A stretch of 63,038 nucleotides of DNA, counting the filler, from Conidiobolus incongruus B7586 (taxonomy: Eukaryota), in NCBI GenBank assembly GCA_000697335.1. It is 22 parts of 22 records of this genome, joined end to end, with 100 filler letters (N's around TTAATTAATTAA, not from the genome) between each part and the next. Parts side by side here need not be neighbours in the genome. Positions count along the whole stretch, not along the records: positions 14,823 to 15,888 come from JNEM01004504.1; positions 15,989 to 17,133 come from JNEM01004505.1; positions 17,234 to 24,240 come from JNEM01004507.1; positions 24,341 to 31,903 come from JNEM01004512.1; 18 more parts are not named here. One strand, 5' to 3'. The notes under the pieces were generated by a model, which saw nothing but the letters and a program-made list of their open reading frames with translations, ran no database searches and was not told where the DNA came from. The position numbers were made by a program, and so were the translations under genes. The first letter of the stretch is position 1, and each line of letters starts with the position of its first letter. Positions 14,823-26,831 of the stretch are shown here, one piece after another.

Positions 14823-15888
14823 TAGACTAATATATACATATATAATATATTTAATAAGAAATTTCTTCGTAAATTATTTATTTAATTTAATTATACTTAA
14901 ATAGAATAATTATCATAAAAAGTTGATTATATTAGTATTAATAAAATTAAACCACAAATCCTTTAAAATTAATTAAAATTTATAAATAACTTTAAATTAT
15001 AAAATATTATCTAAATTAATATTTTATTGCTAGGTAAAATATATTAAAAATTAAAGAAAATTTGTCTAAAACTTGCTAAAATATAGAAAATTAATTTTAA
15101 ATATTATATTTTCAATTATTATTAATATATAAAAAGTTTATTAAATAAGACTTTTTTATTTGAGCTAAATAATTATTAAAATATTTATTATTAATTATAT
15201 AGGTATTCTATTTATATTCAACTTGAAATTAAACTTTATTAATAAAAATACAAAACAAATATCCTATAATTTGACTAAAATTTCAAAAAAAGCTAGAATA
15301 GCTATTGCTAAATAAAACTAAGATAAAATTAAAAACCAAAACTTTTATAACAAATTATTGCAATTAATTAATTTTAGATCTTTTTATATAATTCTGTAAA
15401 TAATATAAATCTAGATATTAAATTAAGTTAAACTAACCTTTTCTAAAAATTACGTTAAATAAGCACTATATAGATAAATAAATATTAATTTCTATAATGG
15501 AATATAATGGCATATATTTATTTTTATTTAATTCCTAATAGAGTAATAATTAATAATTAATTTTATTTTTTTTAAATAAGACTATTTTTAATTAATGTTT
15601 TTAATATAATTTGAGAAAACCAATTAATTTATATAATAATTGCAAAATTTATAAAACTAAATTATTATAGAATTTTTAATCCAAAATAATTCAAAAGAAC
15701 CATTATATCAAATATATATTTTAGACCATAGCCTATATAATTATAATTACTTTAGATAATTAAAAAGCTAGCTTATAAAAACAGTTTTTATCAGTTAATT
15801 TAGTTAAATTATGAAATATTATTTTTAGTCGTTAGTTAAAAGAATGGTTTTTGAGATATTAAAATATTATCTAAAATATGGTAAAAAG
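14823..15888 (+). mobile_element. Mariner family B copy B2 (degenerate, whole contig)
   Basis: Colinear with B1 from ~14900 to 15888, with the same motif relics. Confidence 0.8.
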
Positions 15889-15988
15889 NNNNNNNNNNNN
15901 NNNNNNNNNNNNNNNNNNNNNNNNNNNNNNNNTTAATTAATTAANNNNNNNNNNNNNNNNNNNNNNNNNNNNNNNNNNNNNNNNNNNN

Positions 15989-17133
15989 TTAATAAAATAA
16001 TTTTTAAAAATTTAATATAATATTATTTTATATTTTTAATAATAGGAATTTTTTGTAATTACAAATAAATAAATATTCTGTTATATAATATATAAAAATA
16101 AATATATAATATAGATTTAATAGTTTCTTTTATTATTAATCACTTTTTGCTATACTCTTAATAAAGATCTAACATTTAAAAAACAGTTCTTTTTATTAAA
16201 GACTGAAATTTGATATTTTACAAACTAATTAAATTTTTTTATAGAAATTTTCTTTCTTGTAAGCTGGTTTTTTAATTACCTAAAATAATTATAATCACAT
16301 AAGTTATTAACTAAAGAGTATATTAAATATAGTAGTTTTTTCCAATTATTTTTAATTAGAAAGTTTTTTATAGCTTTAGATTTATGTATTATATAATTAT
16401 CATACAAAATTATAGGTTTTTTCAAATTATATTAAGAATATTAATTAGAAATACAGTATAAAGTTTACTATTAATTAATTTTCTTTTAAGAACTAAATAA
16501 GAGTAGTATATAATATTATAATCTATTATAATAATTAAAATTCATTTATAATAAAATACTTATTTAAAGGGATTTATGGAAAAAGTTGATTTAATTTAAT
16601 ATATTATCTTGATTTATATTTTAATATAGAACTATATATAAAGATTTAAGATTTATCAATTGTAGTTATTTATAATAAAAGTTTAAGCTTCTAGTAATAT
16701 TTTAGTAAGTTTTATTTAATAATAATTACTCTAGAGTTTTTAAAACTTGAGTTAAATTATAAGTGACCTATTTTATATTTTTATTTATTAATTTGAGTTT
16801 AAACTTTAATATATATAATATACTTATAAAACTAATATTAAAATACTTGGATAATTTTTTAACTAAAATAAAAAGATATTTTTTAATATATTTTTTCACT
16901 CTATTAACATTTAAAAAAGTGATAGTTCTAAGTTAGTTTTTTAGATTTTAATAGATTGTAAATAATTTCTTTATTAGCTTTAAAATAATTTACCTAGCAA
17001 TAAATTATTAATTTAAATAATTTTTTATTACTAAAAGCTATATAGAAATTTTAAATAATTTTAGAGGGTTTATGGTTAGGTTTTATTAATACTAAAATAA
17101 AAAACTTTTGATGATTATTATTTAATTAAAATA
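15989..17133 (-). mobile_element. Mariner family B copy B3 (degenerate)
   Basis: Minus-strand read of 16410-16270 gives ILYDNYIIHKSKAIKNFLIKNNWKKLLYLIYSLVNNLCDYNYFR*LK, i.e. D-34 aa-D. K*VTYNL (WVPHxL relic) at 16774-16751. Confidence 0.85.
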
Positions 17134-17359
17134 NNNNNNNNNNNNNNNNNNNNNNNNNNNNNNNNNNNNNNNNNNNNTTAATTAATTAANNNNNNNNNNN
17201 NNNNNNNNNNNNNNNNNNNNNNNNNNNNNNNNNCTTATAATATTAATTTAATAATTTTTTTAATATTAATAATTTATTATTATATTTTTGATCAACTTCT
17301 GATATTTAAATAATAGATTCTTTATTTAAGATTCAAATTTGATATTTTATATAATAATT

Positions 17360-20300
17360 TATTAAAAGACTAGTTTTTTTATTTCTTATATATTTCTATA
17401 TAATTTAATTAACTATAAATTATATAATTAATTTATACTTTTAAATTTAAATTAATTATATAAATAATATTAAATCATCTAACAATTGAGGTTTTTTTTA
17501 CCCTCTTAATTCTTATTATTTCTTATTTTTTATATTATCGTTCAGATTATAACTACATTCTATCAATATTATAATATATTAACATTACATAATATAAATC
17601 TTAATATATCAGTGACTTATCTTAGTTTGAAGCTTAATTAAACTTTCTTTATATTTGCACACTATAACCATATTATAGTACTATATTCTATGTCATATTA
17701 CTTCTATATTAAAGTTTTCCTCTATATTATATTAGCATTTTACCATTATATTTATATAATAATAGTAATAAAACTATTAAAAACTTATTAAAGTTAATAA
17801 TTATTTATATTAGATCTATTTATTACTATTTGAATTTTATTTTTAATTTAATTTATTTATACTTAACAATATATAATATAATACCATTAATAAGAAAAAT
17901 TCTTTTATTTTACTTTAATGATGATAATATGCTAATTACTATATAAATTTAAACTTTAGTATTTAAAAACTTGTTACCCTTTAAAAAGCTAATATTAAAT
18001 AGCTTTTGAATAAGAACAACAAAACTCAAAAAGCTTAAATCTAACAAACTAGTTATTTCACTATTATTAACATATTAAATCATTTATTTAATATTTATAA
18101 AAATAGATTAACCTTTTATGATAACTTTAAAAATCTTTACAAGCTTGAAAATTATATTAAAAATATAAAAAATTATTTTAATTTAGTTTCTGATAAAGAT
18201 TTAAAGAACATCTTTAATTAATTATTTTTTTTAGAAAAATTTATTTATACTTGGTAGATAATTTATTACAAGCTTAATCCTAAAGATTCTTTAAGAAAAT
18301 AACTTATTGCAAAAATTTAAACTTTTAAATAGTTTAAAAAAGTATTTAAAAAAAATATTTCTTGAAAAATTAAGTTTAATTAACAAGAGAAGGCTATCTT
18401 AACTCAAATAAAAAAAATTTTTACAAAGTAATAAATTAAGATTTATTGAAATATATTTAAATATATTAAATATTACTAAAGAAAAATAAATCTACAAATT
18501 AATATAATGATTTAATTTTTAAGTAAAGCTCTAATTAGTTAATAAAAAATATTTTAATAATATGTTTTTTCTAATATTTATGATATAATAATGATAATTT
18601 AAGATATCTTTTATTTTATAATTAAATCTTTTTATTTTAAAAATTAATCTTTTAAAATTTATTTTAGCTAATTTAAATCTTAAATGATAGATATTTTTAT
18701 TTTAAAGCTTTATGAAAAAACCTATAATAAAGAAGTTAAAATTTATTTAAGAATAAATAAAAGTTGCTATTATTATAAAAAAATCTAAGTTAATTATAAA
18801 ATTGATAATTATCCCTTTAAAAAACAATATCTATTTAATTCTCAATAATCTTAATCTACCAACTATAAATCAAACTTGAATAATATTAATATAACCTTAA
18901 TATCATCTTTTTTATAATTAGTTAGTAGATTCTAATCTAATCTATAAAAGTTCTAATAGACTAATGATTCCACAAATTAAATTTTATATACTAAAGAGAT
19001 TTAACTAATTAAACCACTAAAAACTAAAAATAAATTGATAACTAATTTACCCTATAATTGTTTACCTTTATTTATTACCCTATTGTTTATATTTAACTAA
19101 ATATTTTATATACACTTTTCTTAATGTCTTAATTAACTTTAGTTATTTTAATTATATTTTCCCTTTTTTTATTATTTTAAAATTATCTTTACCTATTTAA
19201 AAAATATCTTAACAATCAAATATACTAATAATTTAATAGAATAAGCATTTAACATTATATTTAAATACCTATTATTACTTTTTAACTATTCCCAATTTAT
19301 TAAATTTTTAATTAGTAACATTAGTTATAGTTTTATACTAGGTTAAAATTAATTTAAATACTATAGTTTTTTATTTATAAGTATTATTTTAAAAAGTCAG
19401 AAATTTATTTCTTTTATATTCTAAAAGAAATTAATAGAATTATTCTCAAAAAATTTACATTACCTTATTATAAAACTACTAAATATTTTATCTAATACTA
19501 ACTTTATAATTTTGTCAAATAATTTTATTATAATAAACAAAAATTAATATAAAAAACTAATTAAAAACTTTGATAATTTATAAAGATATATATTTATTTA
19601 TTATTTATCTATTAGTGTTTTATCTATTAATTTCAATAAAGTTATAACTAATAATCACTTTATATATAATATAATAATTTAATTTATTAATGTTTTTGAA
19701 TGTATAAGTAAATTACCTTTTAAACATAATATTCAATATAAAATTAAACTTCTTTTAAGTATATAATTATATTTAAAATTTACTTATTATTTATCCATTA
19801 AATAAAATTAAACTTTAAAACAAGATGTTTAAAAATTAATTGAAAATAAATATATTAAACCATTTTCCTCACTATAAAAATCTTTAATTTTTTTTATATA
19901 TAAAGTTAATAATAATTAAAGATTATATATTAATAATTATATTTTAAACTTTATAATTATACAGGATTAAACATTATTATCAAACTTATATGATATTAAA
20001 GATAAATAACTTAAATCAATTATATTCACTAAGTTAAATATTACAAATAAATATTATAATATTAAAGTTAAAGAAAGTTTTATTCTTTTAACCTTTTTTG
20101 ATATTTTACTAAAATATTATAGATTTATTATTTTAAACTTTAGTTTATGTAATGCTTTTATAACTTTCACTTAATTTATCAATTCCTTTTTTAATTTTAT
20201 TTTTAATAACTCTATTATCACTTATCTTGATAATATTTTAATTTATTTAAAAACTAAAGAAAAATATAATTATGATGTTAATTAAGCTTTATAAATTATT

Positions 20301-22979
20301 CAAGGTTATAAATTACCTTTAAAACTATTAAAATATATTTTTAATTTTTTCTTATTTTCTTTTATAGCTATGTTATTTCTTCTTAAAGAATTATCATTAA
20401 TTTAATAATCTTAATAGTATAAAAGCTTTTATTATATTTATAAACAAAAATCAACTTATATCTATACTTAAATTATTAAATTACTTTAAAGATTTTATTG
20501 ATTCTTTTGTTAAACTTATAACTTTTTTAATTAATCTCTTAAAAAAAAACTCTCTTTTTAAATTAACCCCATTATATATTTTTTTCATGAATATTTTAAT
20601 TTTCTATACTATTAATAGTCTTATTTTATTTATTTTTGATTTTAAATTACCTACTATTATATTATTATTTGTAATTCATTTATAATTAATTAATAATTAT
20701 TTTAATTTGAATTTAATTTATATTTTATATTTTAACTATATGATAAAATAATAAATAAGGGAGAATAAGTTAAGTTTAACTTTATAGATATTATCTTAAA
20801 GCTACTAACACTTTAGTTAAAGAAAATAAAGCCAGCTGAATTAAAATACCTAGTTTATAAATAAAAACTCTTTGCTTTAGTAAAAATAATCAAAAACCAC
20901 TTATATTTTTTGTTTTGCAATTTTTTCTTAATACTAATAGATTATAAATCATTTATTTACTTAAATACTTAGAAGTATTTGTTAAGAAAACAAGTTCAAT
21001 AAATTAAAAATTATTTAAGCTTATTTTTTTTATTTAATACCTCTTAAGTTAATAAAATTATATTATAGATATTTTATTAAAAAATCTAACATACTTATTT
21101 TTTTATTCTAATTATAAAAACTTAATAAATATTAATTTAATTTTTATTAATAAAGGAAATAATATATTTATTAAACTATTTTAAAAAAAATTACTAAATG
21201 ATAATTTCTTTAATTTACATAAAGAAAAACTCTTTAAATTATTTGAAAATCAATTAAAATATATTAAAAGATTTAAAATTATTGTTAACCTACTATACTA
21301 TATTAATTATTTATATATCCCAAATATTCTTAATATTTAACATGTAATATTTAATAAATATTATAATTTACTTGTTAAAAAACATTAAAACTAGTTAAAT
21401 ACTGTTAAAAGAATTAAAATAAATATTACTAATTTTTTTTAGTTAAATTAGTTTAGAAATATATTAATATCTATGATATATAATAAAAAATCAAATATAT
21501 TACCTAATTAAAATATAATACACTTATTTTTTTACAAGTCCCTGATAAAACTTAATAGCAAATCTAACTTAATTTTATAAAAATACTTAAATTAACAAAT
21601 AGTTATAATAACTTATTAATTGTAATTAATTCATTCTTTAAATATGTCTATTTTATTCTTTATTTCAAAACTTCTATAATTAATGATAACATATAACTAT
21701 TTTTCTATAATATTTTTAATTATTAAAAAATTCCACGAATTATTATATTTAATAAAAATATATAATTTAACTTTTTATTTTAAAAGTTATTATTTTATTC
21801 CTTTAAGATTAACCTAGCTATGTCTATTATTAATTATTACTAAACTAATAAACTTATTAAAAAAATTATTAAAACATTAAATTAAGTTATTAAAGCTTAT
21901 ATTAACATTAATTAATTAAATTAAAATACTTACATTTACCAACTTTAATATTTATTTAATATCTTTATTAATAAATCAATAAGTTTTAACTTTTATTTTA
22001 TCAATTATAATAAATATATTAATTCCCTTGTTAAATTTAACTTGGAAGAAAAATTAAAGATTATAGAATAACAATATTTAAGTTTATTTTGAAATTCTCT
22101 TAAATATAGAACTAGTATGTTTGTATGCTTAGAATAATCTAGCATTAAACTTACTTTACTTAAATTTAGCTTAAATCTAAAATATTTAACATTATATTAT
22201 AAACCTTATAAAATCTAATCTATTGATTTAAATTTTAAAAATATTACCTTAGAATTACTTTTTACTTTAATCATCAACTTTACCTATTACATATTTAAAA
22301 TCTAACTTTATTTTGAAGATTTTAATATTTTTCCTAATTAATTAAAAGTTTTAAAATTAAATCTAACTATTAATTAAAATTTAAAAAAAATACTATATTG
22401 ATCATATAGTTTAATTTTAATTTATTAGGAATAAGCTTTATTTGTATATAAAATAGATAAGTTATTTTATTAAAGAAGTTATATAAAAACCCTTAAAAAA
22501 AATTAAGAATTTTTAACTTATTACATCTATTTACAAATATTTAAAGAGTGTGTCTTTTTTAAAAAACTTATTAAGGGAGTATTAAGAGACTAATTCTTTG
22601 AATTCTTATATATATCTCTATATAATTTAATTTACTACTAATTATATGATTAATTTATATTTTTATAGTTAAATTAATTGTATAAATAATATTGAATTAT
22701 TTATTAAATAAGTCTTTGTCTTCTTTTTCTTAATTTTTATTATTTCTTATCTTTTACAATATCTCTAAAATTAAAACTATATTTTATTGATATTATAATA
22801 TATTAACATTATATAATATAAATCTTAATATATCAATGACTTATTTTAATTTGAAGTTTAATTAAGCTTTGTTTATATTTGTATATTATAACTATATTAT
22901 AATACTATGGTTTATTCACATTACTTTTATATTAAAGTTTTCTTCTTTATTATATTAGTATTTTACTACTATACTTATA
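17360..22979 (+). mobile_element. Full-length degenerate Ty3/gypsy LTR retrotransposon G1 (5.6 kb; LTRs 17360-17756 and 22580-22979)
   Basis: ~400-bp direct terminal repeats and PPT 'aagggag' at 22573-22579. RT relics FSLCNA (~20139) and YLDNILIYLKT (~20223), RNase H relic AELKYLVYK*KLFA (~20835), then integrase, in gypsy order. 5-bp TSD taatt/aaatt. Confidence 0.92.
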
Positions 22980-23229
22980 AAATTAAATTATTAGCAAGAA
23001 TTTTTTTCTTATAAGCTATTATGTTAATATTTAAAATAATTATAATTATATTAGTTAAAGTTTAGGGAATATATTAAAAATGATAATTTTTCCAATTATT
23101 TTATAATAAAAAATATTTTATAGCTTTAAGGGTATATATTTTATAATTATTACATAAAATAATAGTTTTTCTTAACTTATATTAAATATACCAACTAAAA
23201 ATACTTTTATTTATAAATAATATAAAATT

Positions 23230-23480
23230 AATAAAAGGGATAATATATTTCTTTATCTCAAAAACTAGTGATATTTTAGAAAATCTATTTTATAAGCCAT
23301 AATTTAATAAGTTTGAAATCTTTAAACCATTTAACTTACTTCAATAAACCCTTTCTTTTATTTCTATTAATTTTAACTTTACTCTTACTTTATCTTATAT
23401 TTATCTTTTTAACTTTTTTGCTTAATATTTTTTATCTCTTTATAAGTTTCCCTTAAATATAAAAAGTTTAAACCTTAACA
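23230..23480. repeat. ~250-bp insertion inside mariner B4, probable solo LTR of a third family (C)
   Basis: Absent from B1-B3 at this position, ends in CCTTAACA, and is homologous to 58850-59121. Confidence 0.55.
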
Positions 23481-23821
23481 CTTACTAATAATTGATTTTT
23501 TTCTAGAATTAAATTAGAGTAATTGATATTATTATAACTTATTACAATATTTAACATTTGTTAATTAAAAAAATAATTATTTAAAGGGATTTATAAAAGG
23601 GTAAATTTAGCTTAATTTAGTATTTTGATTTATATTCTAATCATGGATTTTATATAAAAATCTAAGATTTATCAATTATAATCATTTGATGTAAAAACTT
23701 AGGTTTTTAGTAACATTTTAATAGGTTTTATTTAGCAATAGCCATTCTAACTTTATTCTAAACTTTAATCAAATTATATATATCTATTTTATATTTCATA
23801 TATTAATTTAAATTTAAACCA

Positions 23822-23856
<35 letters not shown>

Positions 23857-26739
23857 ATATTAATAAAATTAATAATAAATTCTTTAGATAGTTTTTTAGT
23901 TAAAATAAAAGAGTATTTTTTAATATTTTCTTTCATTCTAATAATAATTTAAATAGTGATAGTAAAATTTAGTTGTTTTAATTTTAGCAAGTTTTGAAAT
24001 AATCTTTTTTTTAATTTTAAAATAATTTACCCTATAATATATAATTGATTTCAATAATACTTTATTGCCAAAAGTTGCTTATAGGTTTTAAATAATTTTA
24101 GAGGTGTAATGGTTAAAATTTTTAATACCATAAAAACTTTTGAAGGTTATTATTTGTTTCAAATATTTATTAAATTAAATAACCAAATTTAAAAATTTTT
24201 TTTAATCAAAAAATAAAAAATGATATATATATATATATATNNNNNNNNNNNNNNNNNNNNNNNNNNNNNNNNNNNNNNNNNNNNTTAATTAATTAANNNN
24301 NNNNNNNNNNNNNNNNNNNNNNNNNNNNNNNNNNNNNNNNATTTAAAAAATTAAATATATATAAAGCAAACTCTAACTTATATAAAAATTAGAAAATATT
24401 TTAGAAGTTAGCATAATAATTAAATATAAATTAAATTACAAAAAAATAATAATTTCAAAATATTTTGTAAATATCAAAATTACGAATAATATAAAATTTT
24501 GAATAGTAATTTGAAATATTCTGATATTAAAATATATTATTAAAACTAAAATTAAATTAATAATAATTTAATAATTTTGAAATAAATATATAGATAATAA
24601 TATTTATTTATATTATTAAAACTGATAATTTTCTATTAACAAAATAATTAATATCAGAATTTTGAAAATATTTGGATCTTTACATTTGAACAGGAGTCTA
24701 TAACAAGCCTTTATTATATTAAAATATAACAAGGCTTTAAACTATTATTATAACATTTTTAATAATTAAAACTATAGTTTTGGAATATTTTATAATATTT
24801 ATAAAGTTAAAATTCTCTTAATGATATCAAATTATAATGACGTATAAATTTGATCAAAAGTAATCAAAAAATATATATAATTTCTTGAACCATTTCCCAA
24901 TTTTTTGTAGGGCATTATATATATGTATTTTGGATAATAAATATTTCAAAAATAAATAAAGATTTATAATAGAAATTAGTAAAAATAAAGTATGTGACAT
25001 ATATTTTCATTAAACTTCGTGCAAAATATTTAGAGTTGCCAATTAATCAAGAGAAGTGGAATATATATAATAATATATTAAACTTGCTCTTTTGACAACA
25101 ATTTTGTATATTTAAATTTATTTATATTTACTAATTCTATAAATATAAAAAAATTAGGTCCAATATTACTCTAATAGTAAATCAATTGTTAAACAAAAGA
25201 TTATTTATTGAAAATTAACTGAGCTGATACTCTTTAACATCTTTCAGCATTCAATGTCCAGATTGAAAGCTGATAGTTCATTTAACATTATATGTCAATA
25301 TTAAATAATATTGGAAAAATCACTCTTTACTAACTCCAAGTTAGATTAAAATTGTATAAAAACTATGAACAATAGTTTGGTACTATAAATATTAATAACG
25401 ATTGAATATTATATTAATAATTTTAAAGCTGGATCAACTATTATAAAATTCTCAAACAAGGTAAATTAATTTAAATAATTATTAATAACTCAAATTTAAA
25501 GAATATTTGACTAATATTCATCAAATATATTTAAATTTTGTATGTTAAATTAAAAACGAATTGATTATTATGCTAATTATAGTTTTATAAAATTTAATAG
25601 TATAATGAAATTTATTAAACCATTTCAAATATGCTGAATGGATTGAAGATAACATTAAATAATAGAAAAATATTTAAAAACTTTTCAAGAATAATAATAT
25701 TTAAGTTTGGCAACTTTATAATCTTTGATTAAATATTATATTGTATAGATTAGTAAGAAAATTAATACAAGTTATTGACCAAGTAGTTATTAATGATAGG
25801 TATTTTTATTACCAAATTGCATCATAAATAGGGGTGTACCAAGAATTTAGCTATTTTATCAACTAATCAAGTTCATAGTGATAATTTATTAACATTTATT
25901 GGAAAAATAATAGAAATATTTGGGAGGAATAAGGTTATAGTGTTGTTTATCAGCATTGAGTTCAAATATTGATTAATACTATTAATTCGATATATTTTAT
26001 TTTATTTTATTTTATTGAAAAAATAGTTTTTCTGTATTCACAATTAATTAAAAACAAAATTTTCGATGAAATCATTCGAAATTTTATTAAATACATTGTT
26101 TATTCTTAAAGAAAAAATTAAATAAGTAGTTATTTCTTAATGTGACCCAACACCATCTTGTTTATTGCCTAGTAAATTTATATATTTTTAATTACATTCT
26201 TTTACATCAAACTGAAATTTAAGCAAAAACAATCAAGTTGACCTATTTCATTACACTTCAAGTGTTCAATACCCACATAAAACATAATTGAGTGTAACAT
26301 GATTTTTTATCTTTCTTTTTTTATATTAAGTGTAACATGATCACATTTTCCAAAAGTATGGATACTTGAAAATATTTTTGGTAAATATGGAGCTAATCAG
26401 AGGATGTTGTGCTGTTCGGAATCCAAATTCATAATGCCAGAACTTGGATTAAGAAGAGGCAAAATAGCTTTTAATTTATATTTATAGTGGTAAATATGAA
26501 TTATTAAAAGGAATTGATTTTTTAAGTATAAACAAGTTAAGGAAATTTCCTCAAAATGAAATTAGATTTCATTGAGTTAATGATTGGTCCTATCACAGCT
26601 TGAGGTAATATGATTGATGGATTTGATTGAATGAATTGTCCTCAAACAAAAAAAGTAATGGGAAAATTTAATTAAGGTTCAATGTCGATGCATTCAAGTT
26701 TATCTCTGTTTTAGGTGAATAATGGGAACTTTGTGATAG

Positions 26740-26747
26740 TATAAATA
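26740..26747 (+). promoter_or_regulatory. Candidate TATA box (TATAAATA) ~90 bp upstream of the CBA1-like ATG
   Basis: Consensus match at a plausible distance. The AT-rich background makes chance matches common. Confidence 0.35.
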
Positions 26748-26831
26748 GTTGGTAATTTGGAAGACTTGCAATTGGTGATTAAATATTGTATTTGCTTATT
26801 TGATCTATTCTTTATATTTAACCTTAATAGT

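Larger units (their letters stand above)
17234..24240 (-). mobile_element. Mariner family B copy B4, split into 17234-17359, 22980-~23229 and ~23481-~24200 by two insertions
   Basis: The pieces are colinear and contiguous when compared with uninterrupted B3. 'ATTGATAAATCTTAGATT' (IDESWI relic) on the minus strand at ~23660-23677. Confidence 0.8.

Noticed and set aside
17360..22979. Alternative genetic code (TAA/TAG read-through) or organellar DNA explaining the stop-rich TE ORFs
   Set aside because: Stops differ between copies and arise from both CAA and TGG, catalytic residues are also mutated, and the nuclear genes use TAA as a normal stop.
26712..26750. Cobalamin riboswitch-like 'AGGTGAATAATGGGAA' upstream of the CBA1-like gene
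   Set aside because: Lacks the following GGTGxAAxTCC, CCC-ACTGT and B12-box elements and lies upstream of the probable TATA box. An Infernal search with Rfam cobalamin models would settle it.
26757..26831. 25-aa N-terminal extension of the CBA1-like ORF from a TTG start
   Set aside because: Eukaryotic gene. The ATG at 26832 begins a clean signal peptide and the codon-biased region.
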